Positions 54,174-64,000 of a DNA stretch of 64,000 nt are shown piece by piece (the stretch's first letter is position 1; each line of letters begins with the position of its first letter). This stretch comes from Plasmodiophora brassicae (Eukaryota), in assembly GCA_036867785.1 (NCBI GenBank), contig CP145419.1:1116001-1180000 (forward strand), written 5' to 3'. Below the pieces are notes generated by a model that did no database searches, was not told the origin of the DNA, and saw only the letters and a list, made by a program, of their open reading frames with translations. The translations under genes were made by a program, and so were the position numbers.

Positions 54174-56797
54174 ATGGTAGGCGGGCGCTCGGTGGGTGGT
54201 GGCGACGGAAATTCGCGCGCTGACCCCGCTGTAGTCGTCGGGCGGTGCGGCCACGTTGGGACGGCCCGGGTCGCGGTCGAGTCTCGCGGGCGGCGACGAA
54301 CAGGACCGGATCCTGGACGAGGCCAACAACAACGTGAAGCGGAACGCGTTCTACATGAAACGCGCCATCGATGAAGGGCACACGGGCGACGCGATCAAGT
54401 TCGCCACCGACATGATCTACGAGCTGCGCACCGGGAAGCTGTCGCCACAGAACTACTACGACCTGTACATCAGCGTCACCGACGAGCTCAGGTAGGCCAA
54501 CGTTCCGCGTCCCATAGGCGAGCCACGTTCCTAAACGCGGGGTGCCACGTGCAGGTCGCTGGAGGCCTACTTGGAGGATGTGCACTTGGCGGCGGATAAA
54601 AAGTCGAACCTGTACGAGAAGGTGCAGCACGCGGGTAACATTATCCCTCGTCTGTACCTGCTCGTTCTCGTCGGCTGCATCTATATCCGCACGCAGACGA
54701 GCCCGGCCATGGACATACTGTTCGACCTCGTCGAGCTGTGCAAAGGCGTCCAGCACCCGACCCGCGGCTTGTTCCTGCGATCCTACCTGACGCAGTGCTC
54801 CAAGGACAAGCTGCCGGATGTGAACACGGCCCTCCAGGGCGTCGACTTGAGGTAATCGTCCTGTTTCAATCGTCGTGCGGCCTTCTCCCTGAGTGGCGCA
54901 CCCAGCGACCCCAAGCCTGTCAAAGATGCAATCGAGTTTCTGCTCCAGAACTTCAGCGAGGTCAACCGGCTGTGGGTTCGCATGCAGCACCAAGGAGCGA
55001 ACCGGGATCGGGCACGTCGGGAGCGTGAACGGCAGAACCTGCGGATGCTGGTCGGGACGAACCTGGTGCGGTTATCGCAGCTGGAATCGATCGACCTGGC
55101 GACGTATAAAGAGGTCGTCCTGCCGCGCCTGCTCGAACAAGTCATCAACTGCAAGGACAAGATCGCACAGGAGTACTTGATGGATTGCATCATCCAAGTG
55201 TTCCCCGACGAATACCACCTGGCGACGCTTGAGACGTTCCTCGGGTCCATCTCTCAGCTGCAGCCGAAGGTCAACTCGAAGGACATCGTCATCAGCCTGA
55301 TGAACCGCTTGTCGTCGTACGCGCTGCAGTCGCCGCACGCCATACCGGACGACCTCGAGATGTTCGCCATGTTCCGCGACTACTCCAAGACCATCATGCA
55401 GACGAAGGAGGGCATGCCCGTGCCAGACGTCCTATCGTTGCAGGTCGCCCTGATCAACTTTGCGTCGAAAGTCTACCCCGACCGCCTGTCCTACATCGAC
55501 GACATCCTCAGCAACGTTGCCGTGACGCTGCAATCCACAGGGTCAAAGACCGCCCCCGCCAAAGGCGTACGACACGTCGTGAAGCTGCTGACTGTACCTC
55601 TGGAGACGGTTTCCACTCGCGTGCTTGACCTGGCGCACTACGCAAACGTTCTGCAATACCTGGATTTCGAGAACAGGAAACAGGTCGCCAACTCCATCGT
55701 TCAGGTACGTTCCTGCCCGTATCGTCCAACACGGGGCTAACGTGTTCGTGCAGTCCGTCTTGGAAGCGGGTGCCCCACTGACCGACCTCGGCAAGGCGAC
55801 CACGCTGTTCGAGTACATTGCCCCACTGCTGCGGGATCTGGATGACACGCCGCCCCTGGACGACTCGCTGAAATACGAGTTCGAGGCCGAGCAGCATGAT
55901 GTCGCCCGCCTGGTCCATTTGCTGAACGCGTCGAACACGGACGCCCAGTTCGCGTTGCTGCAAATGGCGAAGAAGCAACTGTGCAGTGGCGGGCCGACTC
56001 GAATGCCATTCACGATGCCGGCCCTCGCGTTCAGTTGCCTGCGCCTGATCCCCCGAGTGTTCGAACGCGAACAACGGGAGGACGTGGACCAGGCTGTCAA
56101 GTCTAAGAACGTGTTCCGCGTCGTGCACCAGCTGATCTCGTCCATTGCGTCAACGTCGCCTCAGGTCGCCGTTCGCATATTCCTGGCGACGGCCCTCGCG
56201 TCCGACCGATGCGCCTTCGAGGAGATCACCTACGAGTTCATGACGCAGGCGTTCATGACGTACGAGGAGGAGATCGCGAACTCCAAGGAGCAGCACGCCG
56301 CCGTGCAGCTGTTCGCTGGCACGATCCAGCACCTGTCGGCGCTGTCTGAGGAATCGTACGACACACTGAGCAGCAAGGTGACGCAGCACGCTGCGCGCCT
56401 GCTGAAGAAGCGGGACCAGGTGCGAGGCCTGTGCCTGTGCGCCCACATGCTGTGGACCTCCAAGTGCGGCGGAAAGAACAGGGGCGAAGCGGTCCTGTCG
56501 GCGCTGCAGCGTGCGATCAAGATTTCGAACAACGTGATGAACGCGCAGGAGCAGGCCGAGCTGCTCATCGAGATCCTGGACGACATGGTGCACTTCTTCG
56601 AGAAGGAGGTCCAGTGCATCAACGCAGAGCGCATAAAGAACGTCGTCGAGCTCGTCCAGGAGCACCTTGCCGACCTGGAGGATGGGCGGGCCACCAAGAC
56701 CATCAAGGGCCAGTTCGACCAGATCGTCGATCGCATCAAGGCCAAGGACGGTGTTTCGACATATTCGCATGACGCCGGCGATGGTTTCGCAGCGTGA
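54174..56797 (+). CDS. VPS35: Retromer subunit VPS35 (ATG-only first coding exon; intron 54177-54234)
   Basis: ELRTGKLSPQNYYDLY, VQHAGNIIPRLYLL, GVQHPTRGLFLR, LVGTNLVRLSQL, QEYLMDCIIQVFPDEYHL. Confidence 0.96.
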
Positions 56798-57131
56798 TCG
56801 GCGCTGCCCCCCGAGCCTGGACACCGTGTCTAAATTCCGCCTGTACCCCACGTGAAACGTTATCGACTTGCCTGGTATGTTCCCCCGCCTAATGCTCAAT
56901 CGGGGAGACGTGTGGCCTGAGCTAATAATGGCGCGCGCCGCGGGCCAAAAAATGACGCGTCCGGCGCGCGCCGGCCACCGTCGGGACCGCTTTTTGTGCT
57001 TGGAACTTGGTCGCACGGTCTGCCCAGATGGTAACGGGGAATGGTGAAGTGCGGCGTGGCATCGGACCAACTGCTGCACCGTCCCGCCCGTCACGTCTGG
57101 CGCCGAATCGGTATTGCTCGGGGCGTTTTTG

Positions 57132-59209
57132 ATGGTGGCAGCGGCGTCGCCCGTCGTGGACCGCGATGACGCGCCAACGTCGCCCTTTGTCACGCCGCTG
57201 CTGACGGACCTGTACCAGATCTCGATGGCCTACGCCTACTGGCGCGCTGGGCGCCACGACGACCTGGCCGTGTTCGACCTGTTCTTCCGGCACAACCCGT
57301 TCAACGGGTGCTCTGTATCCGTTGCATGCGCGCTGGATCACGTCTGACCGTTTCCCCCCAGCGAGTACACTGTGTTCGCCGGCCTGTCCGAGTGCCTGCG
57401 CTTCGTCAACTCGTACCGATTTTCGGAAAGCGACATCGCCCACCTGCGCCGCAAGTATCCGATGATGGATGGCGCCTTCTTCGACTACCTGGCAACGTTG
57501 GATGCCCGGCGGCTGCGCATCTACGCCATCGACGAGGGAACCGTCGTCTTCCCCAGGGTCCCTCTCATCCGCGTTGAAGGTGCAGCCGCGCGCCGCCGCC
57601 GCCGTTCCGAGGACTTGCTTATCCGTCGGGCAGGTCCACTGCTGCTGGCGCAGCTGATGGAGACCACGTTCCTCGTCCTCGTGAACTTCGCGTCGCTGAT
57701 CACGACGAACGCCGCCAGGCATCGCGAAGTGGTCGGCGACCGCACCGCGCTGCTGGAGTTTGGCCTGCGCCGCGCCCAAGGTATTCACCGCGCTCCCGAA
57801 CGCTACGGTTAGAGCATGAACGGAGGGACCCTGTAGGGCCGGATGGCGGCATGTCTGCTTCGCGTTACGCCTACATGGGTGGGGTGTGTATTCCGTCTGA
57901 ACGCCATCCACGTGCCGAGTTGTTTACCGTGCTGTCTCGCTACAGTTCAATGCCACCAGCAACGTTCTGGCTGGGAAGTTGTTCGACATCGAGGTGAAGG
58001 GGACCCATGCGCACGCGTTCGTGTCAAGCTTCACGTCGATGGACGACCTGAAGACGACGACGATCGTGTCGCCTACGGGGGAGCCTGTCGAATTCGCGGC
58101 GCTGTGCACTGCCTATCGCGACCGGCTCGGCGTGAGCACGAACACGAGCGAGCTGGCCGCTTTTATCAGCTACGCGCAAGCGTTTCCCAACGGGTTCCTC
58201 GCCCTGATCGACACGTATACCGTGCTGGACAGCGGTCTGTACAACTTCCTTGCGGTGGCGTTGGCGCTGCACGACATTGGATACAAGCCAGTCGGCCTGC
58301 GTCTGGATTCTGGGGACCTGGCATACTTCTCCAACGAATGTCGCAAGGCATTCATCGACATCAGCGATCGGTACATGTCTGGGGGATACGGTCCACTGGG
58401 GTATCTGACACCAGGACGCAGGTTCGGCGTTCCCTTCGAGAACCTGACAATTGTAGCCAGTAGCGACATCAATGAAGACGTCCTGCAGTCCCTTACTGTT
58501 CAGGGCCACTCAATCGGTTCATCAGCCACCGCACGTCGTACACCTTGCGTTGACGTTTGTGTATGCAGATAGTTTCGGCATTGGAACGCACCTCGTTACG
58601 TGTCAGAAACAGCCAGTCAGTCGATACGCGCCAAGCGCTCCGTCCTCCCACCCGGCCATCTGACGTTCATGGCTTAGGCGCTCGGTTGCGTCTACAAGCT
58701 CGTGGAGATCAACGGCCATCCCCGGATCAAGGTATCGGCTGACATTGGGAAGGTCACGATCCCAGGTCGCAAGACGGCCTACCGGTTGTTCAACGAGCAA
58801 GGTGTGCCCGTCATCGACCTGCTGGCCCAAGCGCATGAACCAGCACCCGTGGCCAACTGCCGCATCCGATGCAATCATCCAGTCGGTAATCTTCCGGTTG
58901 ACGAGTCGGGTGGCGCGCGTAGTCGTGATCTGATACCTGTGGCTCACAGAACATCAGAAGCGATGCGACGTGTTGCCCTCGCGCGTTGAGGACCTGTTGC
59001 GCCTCGCCTGGGCAGACGGCAAGCGTGCGAGGCCAGAGCCGACCCTACGGGAGCTGCGGGATCGGGTGAGGGCGCAAGTACAGTCGCTGCGTCCCGACCA
59101 TCGTCGGTTCTTGAACCCGACCCCGTACAAGGTGTCGTTGACGACATCCTTGCTGACCTTCATGCACACGTTATGGCTGGACGAAACCCCTGTCCAGGTA
59201 CTTCGCTGA
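57132..59209 (+). CDS. NAPRT: Nicotinate phosphoribosyltransferase, multi-exon
   Basis: [70 protein letters not shown]. Confidence 0.95.
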
Positions 59210-59533
59210 GAAGGTCGAATCCCTGTGGTACCGATTACTACATGATCCGTCTATTCGCTACGTTGCGCCATACTGGTGCCGACGTCATGTGACACACAAC
59301 CCGGAGACAGCCATGTCTGTTCGGCCATGGTCGGACAACTGGGGTTTGAAATCGATTGCCAGTGGGACACTACTCGCGACCAGCATGGAGGGGGGAGCCG
59401 ATCATCTGCTTTCCGATGCACTGCAGAGCCGACACACGGACGAGACCATATGGGCGCTGGCTCTGCCCAGCCTCCTCAAGCACCATGGACCATGTGACGA
59501 TGATTATTATGTAGGTATTCGGATGTAGCGGGA

Positions 59534-60602
59534 TTAGTTGTGTCTCGTATCGTCAAGGCAGACCTGGAGGGCGTGCGGGTTATAGACTTGTCGGACGTGC
59601 ATGTCGGGCGGCCTGTATCCTCGGTCCAGGATGGAATGCAGGCCGACGCGCGGAATGCAGTCGTCGAGCAACGCGATCCACTCCATGCAATCAGCACACT
59701 GCGCACGATCCATGCCGGTCGCCAGACCGATCAGGTCGGCATACCCGTCGAACATATGGAACAGCACAGAGGCGGCCAGCACATACGGGCTGTACTGCAG
59801 CGACTTGACATAGAGCCTTGCAGCATCGATGACCTCCATGACGCGTACGAACCGGTCGGATCGCAGCAGGTCGCGTCCGGGTTTGCTGCCAGGCGTCGCC
59901 TGGTCGATGCCACGGAGCAGGAACAGGCGCGCCCAGGTCGACGGCGAATGCGGGCGCAGCATCCAGCCCAGCGCTTTCACCATGTCCAACTCGGTGCGCA
60001 GGATCTCCGCCGCCGCGTACGAACCCGCGCACGTGTACGCAAAATCCGCGACAGTGGGCACGTTCACATCCTGAGCACCAAAATGGCTCCGTGAACAACG
60101 CCGCTCCGCCAATAGGCGCCCGGCGTACCTCGAGTTTGCTGGCGATGAACAAGGCGGTGACGGCGACGAGTTGCAGCCGGGTGGGCGGGGTCGCCAGTTG
60201 CCCGCACACGTACCGGTCGAAATAGTTGGTGGCCAGGTGGCACGTCTCGCGGGACAGGCCGTACTCCTGGCAGACTTGCTGCATCCAGTCGACAACGATC
60301 GAGCGCATCTTCGGGCGGAGGCACGGGTGCCCGGTCAAATAGTTCGGGTTCAGGTTCGTGTCGTACGTAGACTGACGCGTACGCATGCGCTCGATCATCG
60401 TGGTGGTCGTGTCCAGCAGGGCGCCGCGGCACACGTCCGGCTCGATCCATCGCGTCATACAGGCGCCGGCGCCGTCATCGAGCTCGCGGCACAGCAGAAC
60501 CTTGCCGACCGCAACCGCGTTGGCCTGGACCCGATGCCGCCGCGACAGGTCACCGGCGGCGTCGGCGGCGGCATCCCGATTCCGCTTGGCCCGCCGCGAC
60601 AT
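59534..60602 (-). CDS. Cyclin, cyclin E-like (intron 60071-60128)
   Basis: Cyclin box MRSIVVDWMQQVCQEYGLSRETCHLATNYFDRY...LQLVAVTALFIASKLE/DVNVPTVADFAY...ELDMVKALGWML. Confidence 0.9.
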
Positions 60603-60798
60603 CCGAACGACGTCTCCCGCCGACGAGGTCGCCCCGCGCCCTCAGCAGTCCGCCAGCCCGTCAGCGGGGACCCCACAACGACGCCGCGCCTTTTTCCAGC
60701 CGCCCGGCGCGTTTTTGCAGAACCATGCTTATAGAGCGTGTTTCAAGTCAAAATAGAGGTGGAGTCTGCAGCTCACTGCAGATAGACCGGTAGACGCC

Positions 60799-61172
60799 AT
60801 GGAGAAGTCGGACGGGACACCCAAGAGGAAACGTGTTCGGACCGCGAAAGGAGACGAGACGAGCGAGACTATAATATCGTGGCGGGCAGATGGTGGAGTG
60901 CTGCGCTGTCGTCCAAGGAGCAACGTCGCAGTTACTTCTTGGACGCCAAAAACAAGCAGCAGCTCCTCAAGGGTTGGCATCGTCTGGCTGTCATGTTTAA
61001 CAGTCAGCTGGGCATGGATGTGCCGGTCGAAAAGATCGAAAACAAGTACCAGCAGGTGGTCGCCCAGTATCGCAAGTTGATGGCTGCTGATCGCGAGACG
61101 GGCAACAACCCGAGGCAATTGGCGCAACCGGTGTACTACTTCCTGACGATTCGGAGACGCGTACCAGAATGA
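60799..61172 (+). pseudogene. Frameshifted Myb/SANT-like (trihelix) fragment, possibly PIF/Harbinger-derived
   Basis: NLS-like PKRKRVR then ISWRADG; after a frameshift, GWHRLAVMFN...IENKYQQVVAQYRK...ETGN. No transposase is visible. Confidence 0.55.
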
Positions 61173-61801
61173 CCGACGGTCCGCGCTGCGCCGTATCTGC
61201 ACGCTCGACGCATCGATGGATGCAATCGTCGACCGGCTGGCGCTATGGACAGGGTGTCTGGGCATTTGTCAGCACGCATACGTTGCCGTGCCTCTGCTGT
61301 CGATCCTGCCATCGTTCAGAGAGTTGCGCGACATGCACCAGGTGAGCTGGGGTCACGATTACATTGTCGACGGCAGCGATTTCGGCAACGAGTTCGCGGC
61401 GGACTGGGGCGCCCCGACGCCGTGCAAGATCGGGTTCAAGGCACTCGTCGACCATTACACAGCCCAAAGTACTAAAGGCCAATGACCTTTTTCGGCTGGA
61501 TGGATCCTTGTTATGTCAGCCACGACCGTCGGCCAGTAGGAAGCCGCTGAAGTTCAGGTCCCGGGCACTCGTTGCGTATGGCACCGACCAGTAGGTGGAG
61601 GACGAAGGAGGAAAATGCAGCAGGTCGCCTTACTGGACGCCGGATGCACTCTTGGTCGTCATGTGGTCAACGGCCCCCTGTCCAGGCTCCTGCTTGACCA
61701 TATCGTCTTTGTGTTGCATGCGGCGATTGGGAGATCGAGACGAAGACCAACGGGTACCACTCGATCAACAACAGGAAATTGCCGGCTCTCGCACTATAGC
61801 G

Positions 61802-63337
61802 ATGGCGTGGCCGACCACAGTGACTTTGGCCACTCTGCTGACCATGGCGTGCGACGCCAGCCTGCAGGTTGTGTCGCCGGCTGACGGTGCGCTGCTGGTC
61901 GACGTGCCGTACGTGACCGCGGACTCGATTCATACGGGCATCCAGTCGGGCGATGAAGCCGACCTGCTCGTCGCCAACCTGACGTTGTTTGTCGGCGATC
62001 CTTGCAACGACGCTGTGGCCGGTGGACTGCAGCGGCAGGCCGTCATCGTCAGGGATTCGCAGTACTACCTGTCGTGCACGTTGGAGGCACTGGCGGCCCA
62101 CATGGTCGACATGGGCGCTGGGGCTGTCTTCTTGGGTGGGCCCGCAATGCGACCGCATGCATGTGTCACGACGTTGACTGACGTTCGTGAAGATTGCGGC
62201 GGCGGAATCCAGGGCACGAGCGCGTACTACGCATCCGACAACAGCCCGACCGCCATGCTCGCCACACGACGCCTTCCGATCATGGTCCTGTCGCTGTCCA
62301 CGAACGAGATCGACCTCATGGTGGCCGCCTTAGCGGATCATCCTCAGGCAAGGGTACGCGTGCAGATCGACACGAATGTATGGGTGGCCGCGTTCGCCTC
62401 GCCAGTCTACCAGTTGTTCGTGCGCGTTATCCCGGCGACCATTTACCTGATCGCGGCGGCCCTGGCAGTCATCTACATGGTACAGCGCCTCCGGTTCGTA
62501 CACGCAGACTTCCTCGCGAAGACGATCGAGAGGCGGCGTTCACTGAAGGCGGCTTGCCGCTACATCGTCGTGCACGGTCTGCGTATCCCCGATGCGTCGC
62601 TGCTGCTCGAGTTCGTGTCGTGCACGTTGAACGGCGTCGTTATTGCCGTTGGTGGCTTCTGTTCCACATCCAACTTACCGGGTGGACTGGTCAATTTCTT
62701 CCTTCCGCAACTGGCGGGCGCCAGCATTGCTGGCGACGTGCTGGCGGCGATTGTCTGGCAGCGGATGCGCAATCCGTCACCGAGTGGCGCCAACAACTGG
62801 CCGATGAGTCGCATCGCGACGGTCTCCGTCATGATCCTGCTTCCGATTGCCATCGACACGATCGTATCACTGACGTTCGCTGTTCCCGGTACGGGCCGCG
62901 CTCTTGGGCGCTGGATGGCGGACAACATTGCTGCAATCGCCGGGGCGCTGTTCTGCCTTCTGCAACTGGTCATTGGGATCCACTTCCTGAGCCAGTCGAC
63001 GCGTTTCATTCTGGAGACACGCTCCCGTCGCGCGTCTCTTCGTGGCAGGGGCGGCCTCGACGCCTCCATGGATGTAATGATCGCACGGCTGGCTCGGTGG
63101 ACAGCGTTGCTGGGCGTGTGTCAGCTCGTGTTTGTCGCCATCACGCCGATCGCCGTTCTGCCGTCGTTCAAGACTCCGCCCGTCTGGACGGCATACTGGG
63201 CGGTGGTCGGCACCAGCAAGGCCATGTCGGCACTCTGCTGCGTCAACATGTTCAAGCAACGACGCAAGTCACACAAGGTCGTGCAAACTAGCATCAGCAA
63301 GAAGCCTTCGCTGGTCCCGTCGGCCCCCTCAACGTGA
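61802..63337 (+). CDS. Signal-peptide multi-pass (about 7 TM) receptor-like protein with PA-like ectodomain
   Basis: Signal MAWPTTVTLATLLTMACDA; ectodomain GDPC...CTLEALAAH...GAGAV; about seven hydrophobic helices from FVRVIPATIYLIAAALAVIYM to YWAVVGTSKAMSALCCV. Confidence 0.75.
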   Translation: MAWPTTVTLATLLTMACDASLQVVSPADGALLVDVPYVTADSIHTGIQSGDEADLLVANLTLFVGDPCNDAVAGGLQRQAVIVRDSQYYLSCTLEALAAHMVDMGAGAVFLGGPAMRPHACVTTLTDVREDCGGGIQGTSAYYASDNSPTAMLATRRLPIMVLSLSTNEIDLMVAALADHPQARVRVQIDTNVWVAAFASPVYQLFVRVIPATIYLIAAALAVIYMVQRLRFVHADFLAKTIERRRSLKAACRYIVVHGLRIPDASLLLEFVSCTLNGVVIAVGGFCSTSNLPGGLVNFFLPQLAGASIAGDVLAAIVWQRMRNPSPSGANNWPMSRIATVSVMILLPIAIDTIVSLTFAVPGTGRALGRWMADNIAAIAGALFCLLQLVIGIHFLSQSTRFILETRSRRASLRGRGGLDASMDVMIARLARWTALLGVCQLVFVAITPIAVLPSFKTPPVWTAYWAVVGTSKAMSALCCVNMFKQRRKSHKVVQTSISKKPSLVPSAPST

Positions 63338-64000
63338 CCAAATCGGCAAGAACATTGGGCGTCTGCGCACAGCGCCTATCCCCTCTTGAAAAACAGCATT
63401 CTCAATGTTTCTATGGAGTTCAACTCAATTTGCCAATGGAGTTCAAACGCACCTGATCACAATAAATGCGAGCACAAAGTGGATTTCGACCATTGGTCAG
63501 GAACCGACCGAGGCTGGGTATCGAAGTGCCGTTGGACGGATGTGAGTGGGCGTTTGCGTTCGTATAAGACTTGTCGGCGTTATGCCCGGGCTCTGAGCAG
63601 CTACAGGTGACTACGGGGGACTGAGCCTGGAGTCTCTCCAATCGAGCAGATGTGGTTGATTGGGCCTTTGGCAACGCTTGACAACGCGCGCGCGTCTGGG
63701 CTGACTTGTGGGCCTGAACGAGACCTCGCGTGATCCGTCCCTGCGTTTCCGCAAGAATTGAGGAGAACCGCTGTGGGGCCGCTCCACTTCTGTGACGGCG
63801 GGCGCTAAAGTCGGAGCTTTAACAAACGGTTTGTGTCGAGTGTGACTCGACACCAATCCGTTCTGTTGTCCAACGCGAGTCGCGATCACCGTTCGCCGTC
63901 GCCCACTCTCAATCCCTGTGCGCGCTGTGCTGTTCAACGCCGGCAACTGTCCCGTTATGGCTTCTACACTGCCCGTCCACACGATCATCGGGGCGAACGG

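Noticed and set aside
54174-54234. ATG-only first exon of VPS35 as a novelty
   Set aside because: Start-codon-adjacent introns are common in eukaryotes.
1-64000. tRNA/rRNA genes
   Set aside because: None recognised by eye; a tRNAscan-SE/Infernal run would be needed to exclude them.

Overview
GC-rich, gene-dense eukaryotic DNA with short (mostly 50-90 nt) GT-AG introns. The gene content (secreted SKP1-like+ankyrin protein, CBM18+CE4 deacetylase, signal-peptide multi-TM receptor-like protein) suggests a phytomyxid protist such as Plasmodiophora; this is inference, not verified. The window has two parts. (1) About 1-10.6 kb is a transposon-rich island: a CACTG-type DNA-transposon end, an internally deleted chromodomain Ty3/Gypsy relic, a Crypton-like tyrosine recombinase ORF with an intact catalytic set and a nearby 38-bp palindrome, a decayed C2H2 zinc-finger gene, an orphan secreted protein, and two LINE RT fragments in inverted orientation. 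(2) About 10.6-63.4 kb holds tightly packed genes: ankyrin protein, DUF1765, G-patch, a degenerate soluble-adenylyl-cyclase-like protein, SKP1-ankyrin effector candidate, sphingomyelinase-like EEP, TM RING-H2 ligase, GT71, CBM18-CE4, a PhyH-type 2OG-Fe(II) dioxygenase with an inserted PHD finger, a VWD mucin-like protein, C2H2 and bZIP TFs, PA28, PLOD-like GT, TRRAP/Tra1, VPS35, NAPRT, a cyclin E-like cyclin and a multi-TM protein. The top leads are the PHD-in-PhyH dioxygenase (candidate non-JmjC chromatin-directed oxygenase) and the tyrosine-recombinase element. All family calls come from motif recognition by eye. No searches were run, and exon boundaries are hand-predicted.
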